Source: Octopus sinensis (lineage: Eukaryota). From it: DNA of 64,000 nt. Shown in pieces: positions 38,178 to 50,919 of this stretch (within the stretch, counting starts at the first letter, position 1; each line of letters opens with the position of its first letter). The stretch lies in the NCBI RefSeq assembly GCF_006345805.1, contig NC_043021.1, positions 26,970,001 through 27,034,000 of the forward strand, written 5' to 3'. A program made the position numbers and the translations under genes. Under the pieces are notes generated by a model that was given only the letters and a program-made list of their open reading frames with translations, was not told the DNA's origin and did not search any database.

Positions 38178-38405
38178 ATACAAGGGGGGGGGGGTGCTAA
38201 ACAGTTCCTGGCTTTGGGTAAAAGAAAATACACGAGGATCACTTGATTAGGATTTTATTCCACGTATTCCCCTCTCAGATTTACTTACTCACTGCAATGG
38301 TCCTTCAGTTTTTCTAAGCCCCGTAAAAGAACTTGTAATACTGGGCTTCCAGCCAGGCCTTTAAGGAACAAATGTTCCTTAAAGCCAGGAACATTTTAGC
38401 AACTT
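38178..38405. mobile_element. mariner-derived MITE
   Basis: TA-CAAGG(G)nTGCTAAACAGTTCCTGGCTTT and AAAGCCAGGAACATTTTAGCA inverted ends. Confidence 0.6.
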
Positions 38406-38575
38406 TTTAACACTCCTTTGAACACAAACTTGCACACACGCACACACGTGTGCGCGCGCACACACACACACACACACACACCACACACACACACACACAC
38501 ATACATACATACATACATACATACATACATACATACATACATACATACATACTTACATACATATGTATATATATA

Positions 38576-38628
<53 letters not shown>

Positions 38629-39299
38629 ATATATATATGGGAAAAATGGAAGTTGAAAATGCACTGAGAATAGTTAAAATATTTTTTATTAATATATTTA
38701 CTGCTTTAACTGGTTTCACAGTTTCCACTGATTTTCAAAAAGTTCAAATAGAAAGACGTTTCTTATGTTGCAGCTGTTTTGCTTCTGACAAGTGTTTGAA
38801 GCTTGCCCTATTGTTATAGGGAATTCATGGCTCAAATTAGTATATGTTTTGAATAGGATTTGATTGGTAAAGGATAGTCACATGACTGGTCTTATAAATT
38901 TTTGCAGGTTCCTTGCTACGTCCGTGTATTAGTATCAAGCAACAATGTTTGGTATAAGTTAAGGTTGACAACATTGACTGAACAGGTCCAAACAGCCAAT
39001 GCCCTGAATATTTTCTGTTAAGTGTTTGTAGAGAATGAATACATGATTAAGCTTAGAACCTTTTGTATGTTTCCTGCTACGTCCGTGCATTAGTGTCATG
39101 TGATGGTATATTTTGTACCTAAAAAGAAGGCCAATACAGGTGAACATGTTTAGTTAGAATCAAGGCACTTGAAATTTAATCTGTCTGGTGTAAGTAGTCC
39201 AGTGGCTAAAGCTTAGGTTGTTAGCTGTGTGGCTTCCTCATGATAAGTAACAGAAGGAGTTTTGTGTGTGTTAAAGTTTGTTACGTCTTAGTTTGTACT

Positions 39300-39650
39300 T
39301 TTGTGTGAAAGTATTGTCTTTGTTTATCCATGCTTCTTCTTTGATATTCGCTGAAATAAATCAAAATACGCAAAATAATCAAAAATAAAACACAATCAAA
39401 GTCCCCAAAAAAATTCTTTACTAGTGAAAAATCACCTTCCACAATTCTTATACCAACAGTCAAAAAGTGTGGCCGTCCCAATTGTGGGACCTGCATCAAC
39501 CTTATTGAAGACACAACATACAAATTCAAATCGGGACAGACTTTTACTATAAAAATAATCACTTTACATGTTCTTCAAGGAATTTAATACACACTATCAA
39601 ATGTCAAGAATGTAATGAAGATTACATAAGTTAAACAAAGCTTAATCAGA
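39300..39650 (+). mobile_element. Penelope-like (Neptune-type) linker and GIY-YIG fragment
   Basis: VKKCGRPNCGTCINLIE..KFKSGQTF.. then FTCSSRNLIHTIKCQECNEDYI after a frameshift. Confidence 0.65.
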
Positions 39651-39943
39651 TTGTTAAATGATGATGGTTCACTCAGTACTAGCTTTTTTTAACTTTTAGG
39701 GCGTATTCTCACCATTTCATATGACATGATAAAATATTTCTTGGGACTGGATTACTGTGATATGTTAACTTATGTAACATAGACATCATCATCATCATCA
39801 TATCACTGTTTTAACATCAACTTTTCCATTCTTTCATGTGTCAGTTGGAATTCCCTGCCTGATGCCAACCCTCAGCTGTTTTGAAGAAAGGTAATACTTC
39901 TCCATGAGATGTTTTTCATCGAAGATTGGAAATTAATAATCTT

Positions 39944-40084
39944 TGTTTCAAATTAATAAACTGCTTTAAATATAGAAAGTGACCTGCCTGGTCGGGTCAC
40001 GTGCGTGTGGTGTGCTTTGGTGTGTGCGCGCGCACGTGTGTGCGACAGAGAGATACTGAAAGAAGCCTGCGGTAGATACATACA
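39944..40084. repeat. 141-bp dispersed duplicate, copy 1
   Basis: 140 of 141 bases identical to 51652-51792. Confidence 0.9.
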
Positions 40085-40401
40085 CACACTCCCACTCTCT
40101 CTTTCTCACACACACATACACACACAGATATATATATATATAAAAATTATTATTTGAGGGAATAAAATCCAAAACTTACAAGGAAAAAAATTCAATTTAG
40201 AAATACTAAATCAAGTTTCACACAATATAATATATATATGTAAAAAATTAGAAAAAACCCACCTTTTATCAATTCAAAATGAACAATTAAATTACACCAT
40301 CTATAAAATTACATATAATAGAAAAATTAAAATTAAAATAACAATAAAATGTCAAAGATTAAGTAAATTGCAAAAGAATAATAATAATAACGTATATAAT
40401 T

Positions 40402-40463
<62 letters not shown>

Positions 40464-40619
40464 ATCATGATATCATAATGAAGAACGGAGAATTATACTT
40501 TTTCAAAATTTGCTTATCAAAGTATTTTCTTCATTTTGATTAATATCCTGTGTGTTTTACATGAAATCCAATGAAGTGAACTCAGGATTTGCCTACCAAG
40601 TGGTTCAGAAGATGACATG

Positions 40620-41965
40620 CAAACATGGCTTTTGTTGTTGACAACAAGACTACCAAAAGGTTACTTTTCTTTGCATTGGCCATCTTAGAGAGGAAGAATG
40701 CTTCTTTCTTCTCTTCTGGGTAGGTCATTGTTGGAGCATACATGTTCATGAGGGCCGGGAATTATTCACAATTGGTATCCACCAATTGTGAATAATTCCC
40801 GGCCCTCATGAACATGTATGCTCCAACAATGACCTACCCAGAAGAGAAGAAAGAAGCATTCTAACAAGAGCTGACAAGGATTGTAGGCAAGGTTCCCCAC
40901 CCAGACCAACTGCTGATTATAGGAGACTTCAATGTCAGGGTGGGAGCAGACTTAGTGACCTATGTAGGTATCATCAGCAAGTTTAGCAAAGGCTGAAAGA
41001 ACTCCAATTGTGCTCACCAGGAGCTCTGTTTCACCAATATGTCCTTTGATCAGACCAATAAGAATTCTTTCACATGGAAACTTCGTTACTACTTGGAAGA
41101 CTGGGCTGCAGGAAATCCTGTACAGGAAGGCCATGCATAGAGCAGAATCCTCAACTGACCATTCCTTTGTGAGGAATCAGATCAGACTCAGGGTCACTCT
41201 ACCCTAGAGAAAGACACCCAACAAGCAAACAGCTAGAGAAGCTTGACATCAGCAAGTTAGCAAAAGTGGAACATTGTCAGAGACTGACTGCTGCTGCGGT
41301 CACACCCCTGTGTTGAGGGTTACAGCAGTCTGCTCAGATGGACCAAATGGCATTGAAGAGCACTGGCAGGCATTAAAAAAGGCAGGCTTTTTTGCTGCTA
41401 AGGGGACTCAAGGACCCTCTCAGCATAAAACAACTGATTGGTTCTGAGTGCATGGAAAAGAGATCCAGAATCTTCTAGTCAAAAGTAATGCTTGCACCAG
41501 TGACATCTGTAGGAGAACTCAGTGAGGATGATCAGGATTGCTTTTGCTGAAATCAAGACCAAAGCACAAAGAGAAGTGAATTTACTGGAAAGTGACTGGT
41601 AGACATGACTACCATGGGTTGTTTGTGGGAGTGAAAACCCATCTATGGTCCTTGGAATGACACAGTGACATCAATAAAGTCAGCAAATAGGAACAAACTG
41701 CACACTGATCTTCAGGAGATCAAAGCTAGTTGGAAGGGACATTTCTGTGACCTGCTCAATCAATAAGAATCTGTCCAACCAGTCATTTGCAAATGGTTAG
41801 AGTGGCACCAGAGATGTGATAGTTTCTGCAATGAGATCACCATGTAGGAGCAGGAGAATGCCTTGATGGCCTTGGAAAATCGCAGAGCACCAGGTCTGGA
41901 TGGCATTACATCTGACATGCTCAAATAAGGTGGTCAAAAACTCTGCAATGGTCTGTTGAGGCTGT
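40620..41965 (+). mobile_element. Old RTE (BovB-like) LINE fragment, endonuclease to pre-RT
   Basis: YAPTMTYPEEKKEAF..DQLLIIGDFNVRVG, STDHS, RAPGLDGI; many stops. Confidence 0.7.
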
Positions 41966-42743
41966 ACAACACTTATCTTCCTTATGAAAATAGCACTTAT
42001 TCATTCAGATAGAACTATTCACACATGCATACAAACGCATGCAACCCACATGCACATATATATGCAAAAAGCATCATAGGTCCTTCTGAACCATAGGCTC
42101 CTAAGGTTGGGTTAGCAACATACAAAGAATTATTTTACTCAGGAACTCAATGCATTACCTGGTCCAAGAACCAAAACCACAAAATTACAATTATGAATGT
42201 AACACCCTAACCACTATGTCATGTGCCTACACACACACACATACATGTGCACACATATGCACACACATTGCACTTAGACATATATTCATGTTTGTGTAAA
42301 CTCATTTTGGTGTACAGATTTTCGCACACATTTTATTGTAGATATACACTCACTTACACAGAAAATAGCACACATTCACATAGAACTTACATATGCACAA
42401 AAATACATGTACACACACTCATGCACACACATACACACACAGATTCTTATACAAACATTCAAAGTTTACTAACAAATATCCATGCTTACACACATGCGCA
42501 TAACATACACACAAATACACACATACATACATACAAATACATGTATACATACACACAATCACACACATATACTTACACATACATAGCTAGCTTACCAGCA
42601 AGCAACTGTACATACACACACCCTGGTACACTCATACGCTCATGTACACACACACACACACACACACAAATAAACGTACACAAACACACATACACACACT
42701 CATGTATTTACAAACATAAACATACATTTTCACACAAACAGAA

Positions 42744-42779
<36 letters not shown>

Positions 42780-43409
42780 ACGTGCCTCCACCAGTATCAC
42801 AACCATCAAATTTGCTGTCTAATATCTCATCTAAAATCCGATGGAGCAGTCATGACACAGATAGTTTAAGTAATTAATGAAAAATAAATAATTAAAATAG
42901 AACCTTTGATTAATTAAAGGCAAATCTAACAAGAAGATAAGAACTCTCCTCACTCCCCACCCACAGCCATCCTGTTTCTTTCATTTCTTTCCTTTTTAAA
43001 TCTCTTTCGATCTGTTTATTGACGTTAGTTAACATCACCATTCAAAGAATGTTTGACTACACTTCAGGGCAGAAAATATCATCATCGTCATCATCATCAT
43101 CATCGTTGTCATCATCATCGTTACCATTGTCCTTGTCGTCGTCTTAGTCGTCGGCATTGTCGTCATCATTGTCGTCGTAATCATCATCGTCATCACCATC
43201 ATCAACATTGTCATCATCCCTGCAATGGGTGTGGTAGTTATATTTTAGTCAGCAGCATATACATGCATGACTATATGTATGAATGCACGTATGTGAACAT
43301 GTACAAAGGTGTATGCTTATACACACACACACACGTCTATTGGGAACATTCATTGGCGTTATTTATTCACCCTACCTAGGTACATATAAGATATATGTGT
43401 GTGTGTGTG

Positions 43410-43805
43410 TGTGAGGACACCTGGATAAAGAAGTGCTGATCTCTAATTGTGGAGAGAACCTGTGGACCCAGGTAGATGTGGAACGAAATGGTGAGAAAGA
43501 ATCCTGAGGAATTTGACAAGGGACCGGGTGTTGCGACGATTTGCTGTACTGAGAAGATGCATAAAGCTAAGCAAAATCACAGTCATCTCTACGTATAGGC
43601 ATGCTCTTTGCAGGTGTTGGTGCTATGCAAAATGCACTCATGCCAGTGTCACATAAGAAGTACCCAGGATGCTTTGTAAAGTAGTTGATGTTAGGAAGAG
43701 CATCCAGTAGTCGAAACAGGCAACTGGAGTCTGCATAACACCCTGACCGGCCAGCTCCTGTCAAACTGTCCAAACCATGCTGGCATGGAAGATGAACAGT
43801 AAATA

Positions 43806-43840
<35 letters not shown>

Positions 43841-43850
43841 AACGATGCTG
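43410..43850 (+). mobile_element. Old RTE 3' fragment with (GAT)n tail
   Basis: WIKKC.SLIVE relic, 3'UTR-like sequence, (GAT)n. Confidence 0.55.
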
Positions 43851-43909
43851 ATGTAAGTGTATTCATTCATATGTGTGTGTGTTTATATATATATTCACAA
43901 TCAAAATAA

Positions 43910-44640
43910 AATTCCCTGACGTGGCCGATGACAGCACTGCCTGACTGGCACCTGTGCCAGTGGATCGTTAAAGGCACCATCCGAGCGTGATCGTTGCCAG
44001 GGCCGTTTACTGGCTCCCATGCCAGTGGCACATAAAAAGCACCATTTGAGCATGATTGTTTCCAGCATCGCCTTACTGGCACCTGTGCCAGTGGCATGTG
44101 TGAAACAACATTCAAGCGAGGTCATTGCCAGTGCCGCTGGACTGGCTCCTGTGCAGGTGGCACATAAAAACACCCTTTGAGCGTGACCATCACCAATACC
44201 TATTTCTTTATTACCCACAAGGGGCTAAACACAGAGGGGACAAACAAGGACAGACATAGGTATTAAGTCGATTATATCGACCCCAGTGCATAACTGGTAC
44301 TTAATTTATCGACCCCGAAAGGATGAAAGGCAAAGTCGACCTCGGCGGAATTTGAACTCACAACGTAACGCAGACGAAATACCGTAAAGCATTTCGCCCG
44401 GCGTGCTAACGTTTCTGCCAGCTCGCCGCCAATACACCAATACCACCTGACTGTCCCTCGTGCCATTGGCATGTAACAGCACCCACTACACTCTCGGAGT
44501 GGTTGGTGTTAGGAAGGGCATCCAGCTGTAAAAACTCTGCCAGATCAGATTGGAGCCTAGTGCTGCTGTCTAGCTTGCCAGTCCTCAGTCAAACCATACA
44601 ACCCATGGAACGTGGACGTGAAATGATGATGATGATGATT
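43910..44640 (+). mobile_element. RTE 3'UTR with tandem units of about 60 bp, interrupted by a SINE
   Basis: Repeated GTGGCAC.TAAAAAGCACC units, then acccactacactctcggagtggttgg.. and (GAT)n. Confidence 0.75.
44201..44434 (-). mobile_element. SINE family E with a Tx1-like 3' tail and a 10-bp TSD
   Basis: Head GGCGGCGAGCTGGCAGAAACGTTAG, B-box-like GTTCAAATTCC, core GCCTTTCATCCTTTCGGGGTCGATAAA; TSD CACCAATACC at 44191-44200 and 44435-44444. Confidence 0.85.
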
Positions 44641-44675
44641 TTGATGATATATATATATATATATATATATGTACA

Positions 44676-44840
44676 GTAGTGGCTGTGTGTTAAGTAGCTT
44701 GCTTACCAACCATATGGTTCCGGGTTCATTCCCACTGCATGACACCTTGGGCAAGTGTCTTCTACTATAGCCTCGGGCTGACCAAAGCCTTGTGAGTGGA
44801 TTTGGTAGACAGAAACTGTAGGAAGCCCATCATATATATG

Positions 44841-44871
<31 letters not shown>

Positions 44872-45095
44872 GTGTATATATGGTTGTATCTGTGTTTGTC
44901 CCCCCAACATCGCTGACAACCGATGGTGGTGTGTTTACGTCCCCGTAACTAAGCAGTTCAGCAAAAGAGACTGATAGAATAAGTTCTAGGCTTACAAAAA
45001 ATAAGTCGATTTGCTCGACTAAAGGTGGTACTCCAGCATGGCCGCAGTCAAACGACTGAAACAAGTAAAAGAGTAAAAGAGTAAAAGAGTAAAGA
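44676..45095 (+). mobile_element. SINE family A, near full length
   Basis: Head, internal (TA)n, tail and (GTAAAAGA)n end. Confidence 0.85.
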
Positions 45096-45145
<50 letters not shown>

Positions 45146-45148
<3 letters not shown>

Positions 45149-46890
45149 CAGAGGTAGCTGGTGTTGCTTGGAATTGAAGAATTAAACTTTTCTTTTATAT
45201 TTTCTCTAATCAACTGAAATACCTATGATTTGAATTTCATCAAAATTGGAGATAAAGAATTTTAATACTCTAACAAAAATTCTGATCATGACACATTTAT
45301 CTCATACTACTCATCTTTATGCCTAGATTCCAAAATCCAAATCTTGTAAAACCCATTCAAAGGTTTTTGCTCCTGAAAAATGGAGCACATGGAGCTCTAA
45401 AATGTGGGAGCTCAGCCCCCTATTAGGGGGGTGAGGTGGGGTCTTAAAGTCAAACAGAGAAGTTGAATTGTAGGGAATCTTATATCTGTTCAAATTTCTT
45501 TGAATGTTCACTGGGTTTATAAAAGAGAGCAAAGCTAGTGGAAACTAAAAGACGAATGATCACAATAAGCAGTCAGCTACCCTAGTCGTTACCACTCCCC
45601 AATGTAGGATTCCTCATCATACAGCTGTAAGATGCATTATGGATCTATAGTAATTGAAAGAGCGTGACCCAACTCAAATAAACATTAACAACTGAGTGAC
45701 ATGAGGGCTAAGGGGAAATGAAAGTGTCACCTCTGGAGTTTGCCAATGATCACTATGCTGATAGGTAACTGGACAGAATAAATTTGCAATCTATAAATGT
45801 CTTTGAATGACCAGTCACTTATCTGGAAAGGCCTTGAAATCAATGTTAACATCTGAGGACGATCTCTGACCCAGTGATAATAAAAAGACTCAAAGAGGTC
45901 TGGAACCAAATAACTTTACTCAAAATAACACTTTGCAACCGAACCAGTGGAGGCAAAGATGCCTCTCCTTTACTTGACAATTTATGCATTATATTGCAGA
46001 AATCACAAAGCAAGCCTTTACACTGTTGTATTCATCTTGGTTTACGAAAAATGACTAAATTGTGGGGTTTACGCCCCAATTTACCAGTCTTACTAACGTC
46101 CTAAGAAGTTGAAATTTTAGGAATATTACTTCATTTGTGTCTAATATCTATGATTAAAATTTCATCAACAGCAAAAATATATGAATTTTCATGGTGGTTA
46201 TGGCCTCATTTATGCCCCCTCACTTTCAAACATATACTGCATAGAATATAATTTCCAAATTTCATAAAGATCCATTAAGTACTTTTGACCTTGTTCTGGA
46301 TCATAAAAAATGACTAAAATTTGGCAGTTAAGGCCCCATTAGGGGGGGTCTTAGAATCCTCATGAGAAGTGGGAACTTTGGGAATACTTCTTGATTTGTG
46401 TCAATTACCTATGGTTGAAATTTCATCAACATCGGAAATTTATGAAATTCACCCCCTTTAAGCCCCCTCAAATTCAAACCAAACATACTGCATTATACCT
46501 GACTTTATGCACTGAATCTAAGTTCCAAATATCATAAGGATTCATTCAGTAATTTTGGTCAATGATAAAATGACTAAAATTCAGGGGTGAAGCCCCCATT
46601 ACGGGGTCTTAGAGTCATCCAAAGAAATGGAAATTTTGAGCAAATTAAAAAGATTTATTTTTAAAACCTATGGTTCAAATTTCATCAAAATCTAAAGCAC
46701 ATGAATTTTCTCAGGGAAGGGGGTTCTGCTCCCCTTTAGGCCCCCTTAAAATTGTATGAAACATACAGCATTATCCTTCTCTCTAGGCTTAGATTTTGTG
46801 TTTCAAATTTCATTAGGATCAGTCCAGTAGTTTCTGAGCCTATAATTAATTCAGGAACACACGAACACACAGATATTGACTTTTATATAA
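45146..46890 (-). mobile_element. Helitron family 2, copy 2
   Basis: Colinear with 21816-23475. Confidence 0.55.
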
Positions 46891-46940
<50 letters not shown>

Positions 46941-46983
46941 ATATATTGTTTCGAACTTGAGTGAATGTGTATAGAATAATATA

Positions 46984-47384
46984 TCAGTTGAATAAAGTTA
47001 AAACGTTTTTTGGTTTTCACATCCTTTTGCTATGGTGTTTTAACATTAAAAATATATTTTGTAATTCTCATAAAGTTAAATTAGCACTTCCATACATAGT
47101 GTAATCATCAAATTTAAAATGCATTTAACTGACAGTTGAGTTCTTGACAATTTTAGTACCTCTTATAACATTCCAACAATTCACCTTGTTGGAGCATTGT
47201 AAGAGGTTCTAAAGTTGTCAAAAACTCAACTGTCAGTGAAACACATTTGAAATTTGCTGATTGTGTAATCATGTATGAGAGTGCTAATTTAACTTTATGA
47301 GAATTACAAAATATTTTTTTTAATGTTAAAATACCATAATAAAAAATGAGCAAACCAGACTATGTTTTAACTTTATTCAACTGA
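46984..47384. mobile_element. Fold-back MITE of about 400 bp, TA-flanked
   Basis: TIR TCAGTTGAATAAAGTTAAAAC; arms pair imperfectly all the way to the centre CCAACAATTCACCTTGTTGG. Confidence 0.75.
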
Positions 47385-47386
47385 TA

Positions 47387-47454
<68 letters not shown>

Positions 47455-47479
47455 TCTACATTGGTATGTATGTGTGTGT

Positions 47480-49112
47480 ATGTCTGAATATGTTGGGCAG
47501 TGTTGGAGTGGCTTCTATGGTGTGTAAGGAGGCAATTGGATTTAGTTCCACCATGAAGGGGGAACTACGCTACTGGAGTTCCGTGATGCAAATAACCCAA
47601 TGCTCTGCAATACTAACCAGGAAACCAACCACTCACCTGTTCATTTACCCCTCAGGTGGCCACACATGCCTGATTTACTAAATTCTCACAAGAAAGTGGG
47701 AAAGATAATCGCTTATAAATTCAAAGTACTTTCCTGGTGAAGCGTGCACTCCACAACATAAGTTAGTCATTAGTGACTTTAGACTTTGGGCTAGAAGGAT
47801 TCCAAGAAGCAAGCCAGTCTGGAAAAAGATTTGGACTTCTGATTTAGAGGCATTCTAATTGATACCTTTGACATGAGAGAGAAGATAGAGAAATATAACA
47901 GAGGGTAACTGGAGGTTACCACAGGAAAACTTAATGAGGCCTAGTGACCAAATTTGTGGCTGGTGCAAAGTCCAAACCAGACCTAGAGTGACTTCGTGGC
48001 AGAACAGTGAAGCAGACAAGGCTGTTAGTAGACAGGGCCATTAGTAGACAGGCCTGGAAGCACTGGAAGTGTGACGGTAGCAGAGAACTATATCATGTAG
48101 CTAGAAGTGAAGCTAGGAGACAGGTATATTTAGCCAAAGAAGAAAGAGAAAGGAAGAGGTTTGTCAATATTTCGTGGTGTAAGGACCAAAGGCTTGAGGT
48201 TTTTCAGATTGCCAGACAATGTACCAGAAAAAATTGTGACATTATTGGAGAGAAGAGCGTTGATACAGATGATGTTTCACTTGCTCTTAATGATTTTGCA
48301 AAGAAAGAAGTTTGAAAGTGCCACTATGAAAGGCTGCTAAATGTGGAGAATGAATGGGAGAAAGAGAGCCTGCCTAATGTGGATCCAACAGAATGACCAG
48401 CAATCCAAATCGAGAGTAGCTTGGTAGATAAAGCCATTAAGGATATGAAGACAGAGAAGGCTTATGGCCCACCCAGAATCATTTCTGAGCTGCTTAAAAG
48501 ATCTGATGGAGTGGGATATGGTCTAGTTACCAGTATAGTTAATCAGGTCGTCCATGAGAGAGCCATACCAAAACGACTGGTGCAGCAAAATTATAGTCAA
48601 CTGCTACAAAGGTAAAGGTGACGCTTTGCCAAAAATTATTATAGAAGTATGGAATTGTTGGACCAGGCCATGAAAGTTATAGAAAGGGTCATAGCTCAAC
48701 TAATTAGGAAGAGAGTGAGTTTAGATGAGATGCAGTTTGTTTTTGTGCCAGGAAGATGCACGACTGATGCTATATTCCTCGTAATTTGGGGGAAAGCATT
48801 TAGCAATAAATATAAATCTTCGGACATGGCTTTTGTTGACATGGAGAAAGCTTTTGACAGAGTCTCCAACTCCCTTATTGAGTGGACAATGCAGAAGCTA
48901 GGGACAGTAGATAAGTGGTTGATGAGAGAAGTACAAGCCATGTACAGAGTTGTTAGTAAGGTAAAAGTCGGCAATGAGTACAGCAACAAAATTTAGTATA
49001 GAAATAGGAATTCACCAAAGATCAGTTCTCAGCTCCACCTTGTTTATCATTGTCCTCCGGATCATAACAGGAATTTAAGACTGGTTACCCTCGGGAGCTC
49101 CTCTATACTGAT
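47480..49112 (+). mobile_element. RTE LINE internal fragment (end of endonuclease to YADD), decayed
   Basis: CNTN..RKPTTHLFIYPSGGH, ARRQVYLAK, LLDQAMKVIERV, FVDMEKAFDRV, ELLYTD; same family as 1622-4322. Confidence 0.85.
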
Positions 49113-49117
49113 GAAGC

Positions 49118-50045
49118 ACGTACCAGTTAAGCATTGACGTGGATGTAATTAACCAGTCGCCTCCCTCAAATTCCAGGCCTTGTGCCTGTAGTAGAAAGGG
49201 GTTTTATTATTAAGGCGGCGAGCTGACAGAATCGTTAGCACGCCGGGCAATGTGTTTCGCGGCATTTCGTCCGTTCTTATGTTCTGAGTTAAATTTCCGC
49301 CGAATCGATTTTGCCTTTCCTCCTTTTGGGGTCGGTAAATTAAGTACCAGTGACACACTGGGGTCGATGTAATTGACTAGTCCCCCCCCCCAATTTCAGG
49401 CCTTGTGCTTTTAATAGAAATGATTATCATTATTATTATGACGACAATCTGGCAGAACCATTAGCATGCCGGACGAAATGCTCAGCGGCATTTCGTCCGT
49501 CTTTACGTTCTGAGTTCAAATTCCGTCGACCTTGCCTTTCGCCCTTCGGAGGTCGATAAAATAAGTAGTAGTTGAACACTGGGTTCGATGTAATCAACTT
49601 ACTCCCTCCCACGAAATTGCTGGCCAAAATTGCTGCCAAAAGTTGATACCACTATTAAGGCGGTAAGCTTTTAGATTCATTAGTGTCTCAACGAAAATAA
49701 TTAATTACATTCCATCCGGCTTTATATTCTGAGTTCAAATGCGGCCGAGGTCGACTCTGCCTTTCATCCGTTCTAGGCTGATAAATTACGTGCCAATTGA
49801 ACTCTGGGATTGATGTAATCAACTTCCTATTCCTCTTAAAATTGCTGGCCGTGTGTCAAAATTTTAGAAAAGGCGGTATGCTGGAAGAATCATTCGCATA
49901 CCATGCAAAATGCTTCGTCTGTTTTTATATTCTGAGTTCAAATTCCGCCGAGATCGACTTTTATCCTCTCAAAAGGCGATAAAATACAAACCATTTGAGC
50001 ACTGGGTTCCATGTAATCGACTGTTCGGTTACCCCAAATTTTGTG
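49118..50045 (+). mobile_element. Head-to-tail array of 4 full plus 1 partial family E-type SINEs
   Basis: Heads near 49214, 49439, 49659 and 49872, each with TTCTGAGTT(C)AAAT and a GTCGA..GCCTTTC core. Confidence 0.85.
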
Positions 50046-50199
50046 CATCTCCCTAAATCTAAGGGAGATAAGTGATTGGTGTCATGATTATCTTTCAAGG
50101 GAAATAACTCCAACGTCAAATAAAATCAAGAGAATTTTGTTTTTTTAATCTGAAGTGAAATAAAATGAGAAAATTGGACTATGTTGGAATTTGATTGAC

Positions 50200-50248
<49 letters not shown>

Positions 50249-50357
50249 CAAGTGAGAATTTCTTTTTCTCATAGTAGATAATGTGGTCCCAAATATTCTA
50301 TGGCTACTTGCCTGAAAAATAAAAGTTAAGTGACAGCTGGAGCATTTCTGAACCTAT

Positions 50358-50543
50358 TTATGTGCAATCCCGTCCGACTAAAAGTTGAATACCACCACCA
50401 CCACCACCACCACCGTCAGCCTCACCACTACCAACAATAACAGCAAAAACAACAAGAACAACAGCAGCAGCAGCAGCGGCTATCATGGTGACGAGATGAC
50501 GGCGACGGTGACATAAGATGGGACGGACGGAAGGAAATACCAT
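50358..50543 (-). CDS. Candidate first exon or small ORF with a signal-peptide-like N-terminus
   Basis: MVFPSVRPILCHRRRHLVTMIAAAAAAVVLVVFAVIVGSGEA-DG8; CCGGAA about 25 bp upstream; CpG-rich context; partly trinucleotide repeat and no strong splice donor. Confidence 0.3.
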   Translation of the reverse strand: MVFPSVRPILCHRRRHLVTMIAAAAAAVVLVVFAVIVGSGEADGGGGGGGGIQLLVGRDCT

Positions 50544-50919
50544 GAAAACGACGAATGAGTTTGTCGTTTCCGGTTTATCTTATAAAGGTTAGCCATTTCA
50601 TATCGTCACCTCAGTTACTTTATTTTTAACGCATTGTAGTAGTAATTCAGGTCAAGATTTCCCCTGTGTCATATCAAGTGAACTAACTATTATGTTTCTG
50701 AGTATTATGAAACGAATTTACCAAAAACAGTTCACATGAATTAATGAGGAAAAATATTATGAAAAGAACTACACACAAAACAAGGAAAAAAAGGAAAAAA
50801 AAAAACACGTTTTAATCGGAAGATCGTTTGTGTTTTAATATTGAGAAGCGATTTTATCGAAAATAGTTTGCATAAATTATCAAGGAAAATATAAATGTTC
50901 TATGACCCCCCCCATCCCT

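Noticed and set aside
42900-42925. CCTTTGATTAATTAAAGG, a TCF-like plus homeobox-like site
   Set aside because: Short AT-rich motif in an AT-rich genome; not distinguishable from background.
43910-44190. Regularly spaced repeats resembling a CRISPR array
   Set aside because: Whole units are homologous (no unique spacers), the context is a eukaryotic RTE 3'UTR, and there are no cas genes.
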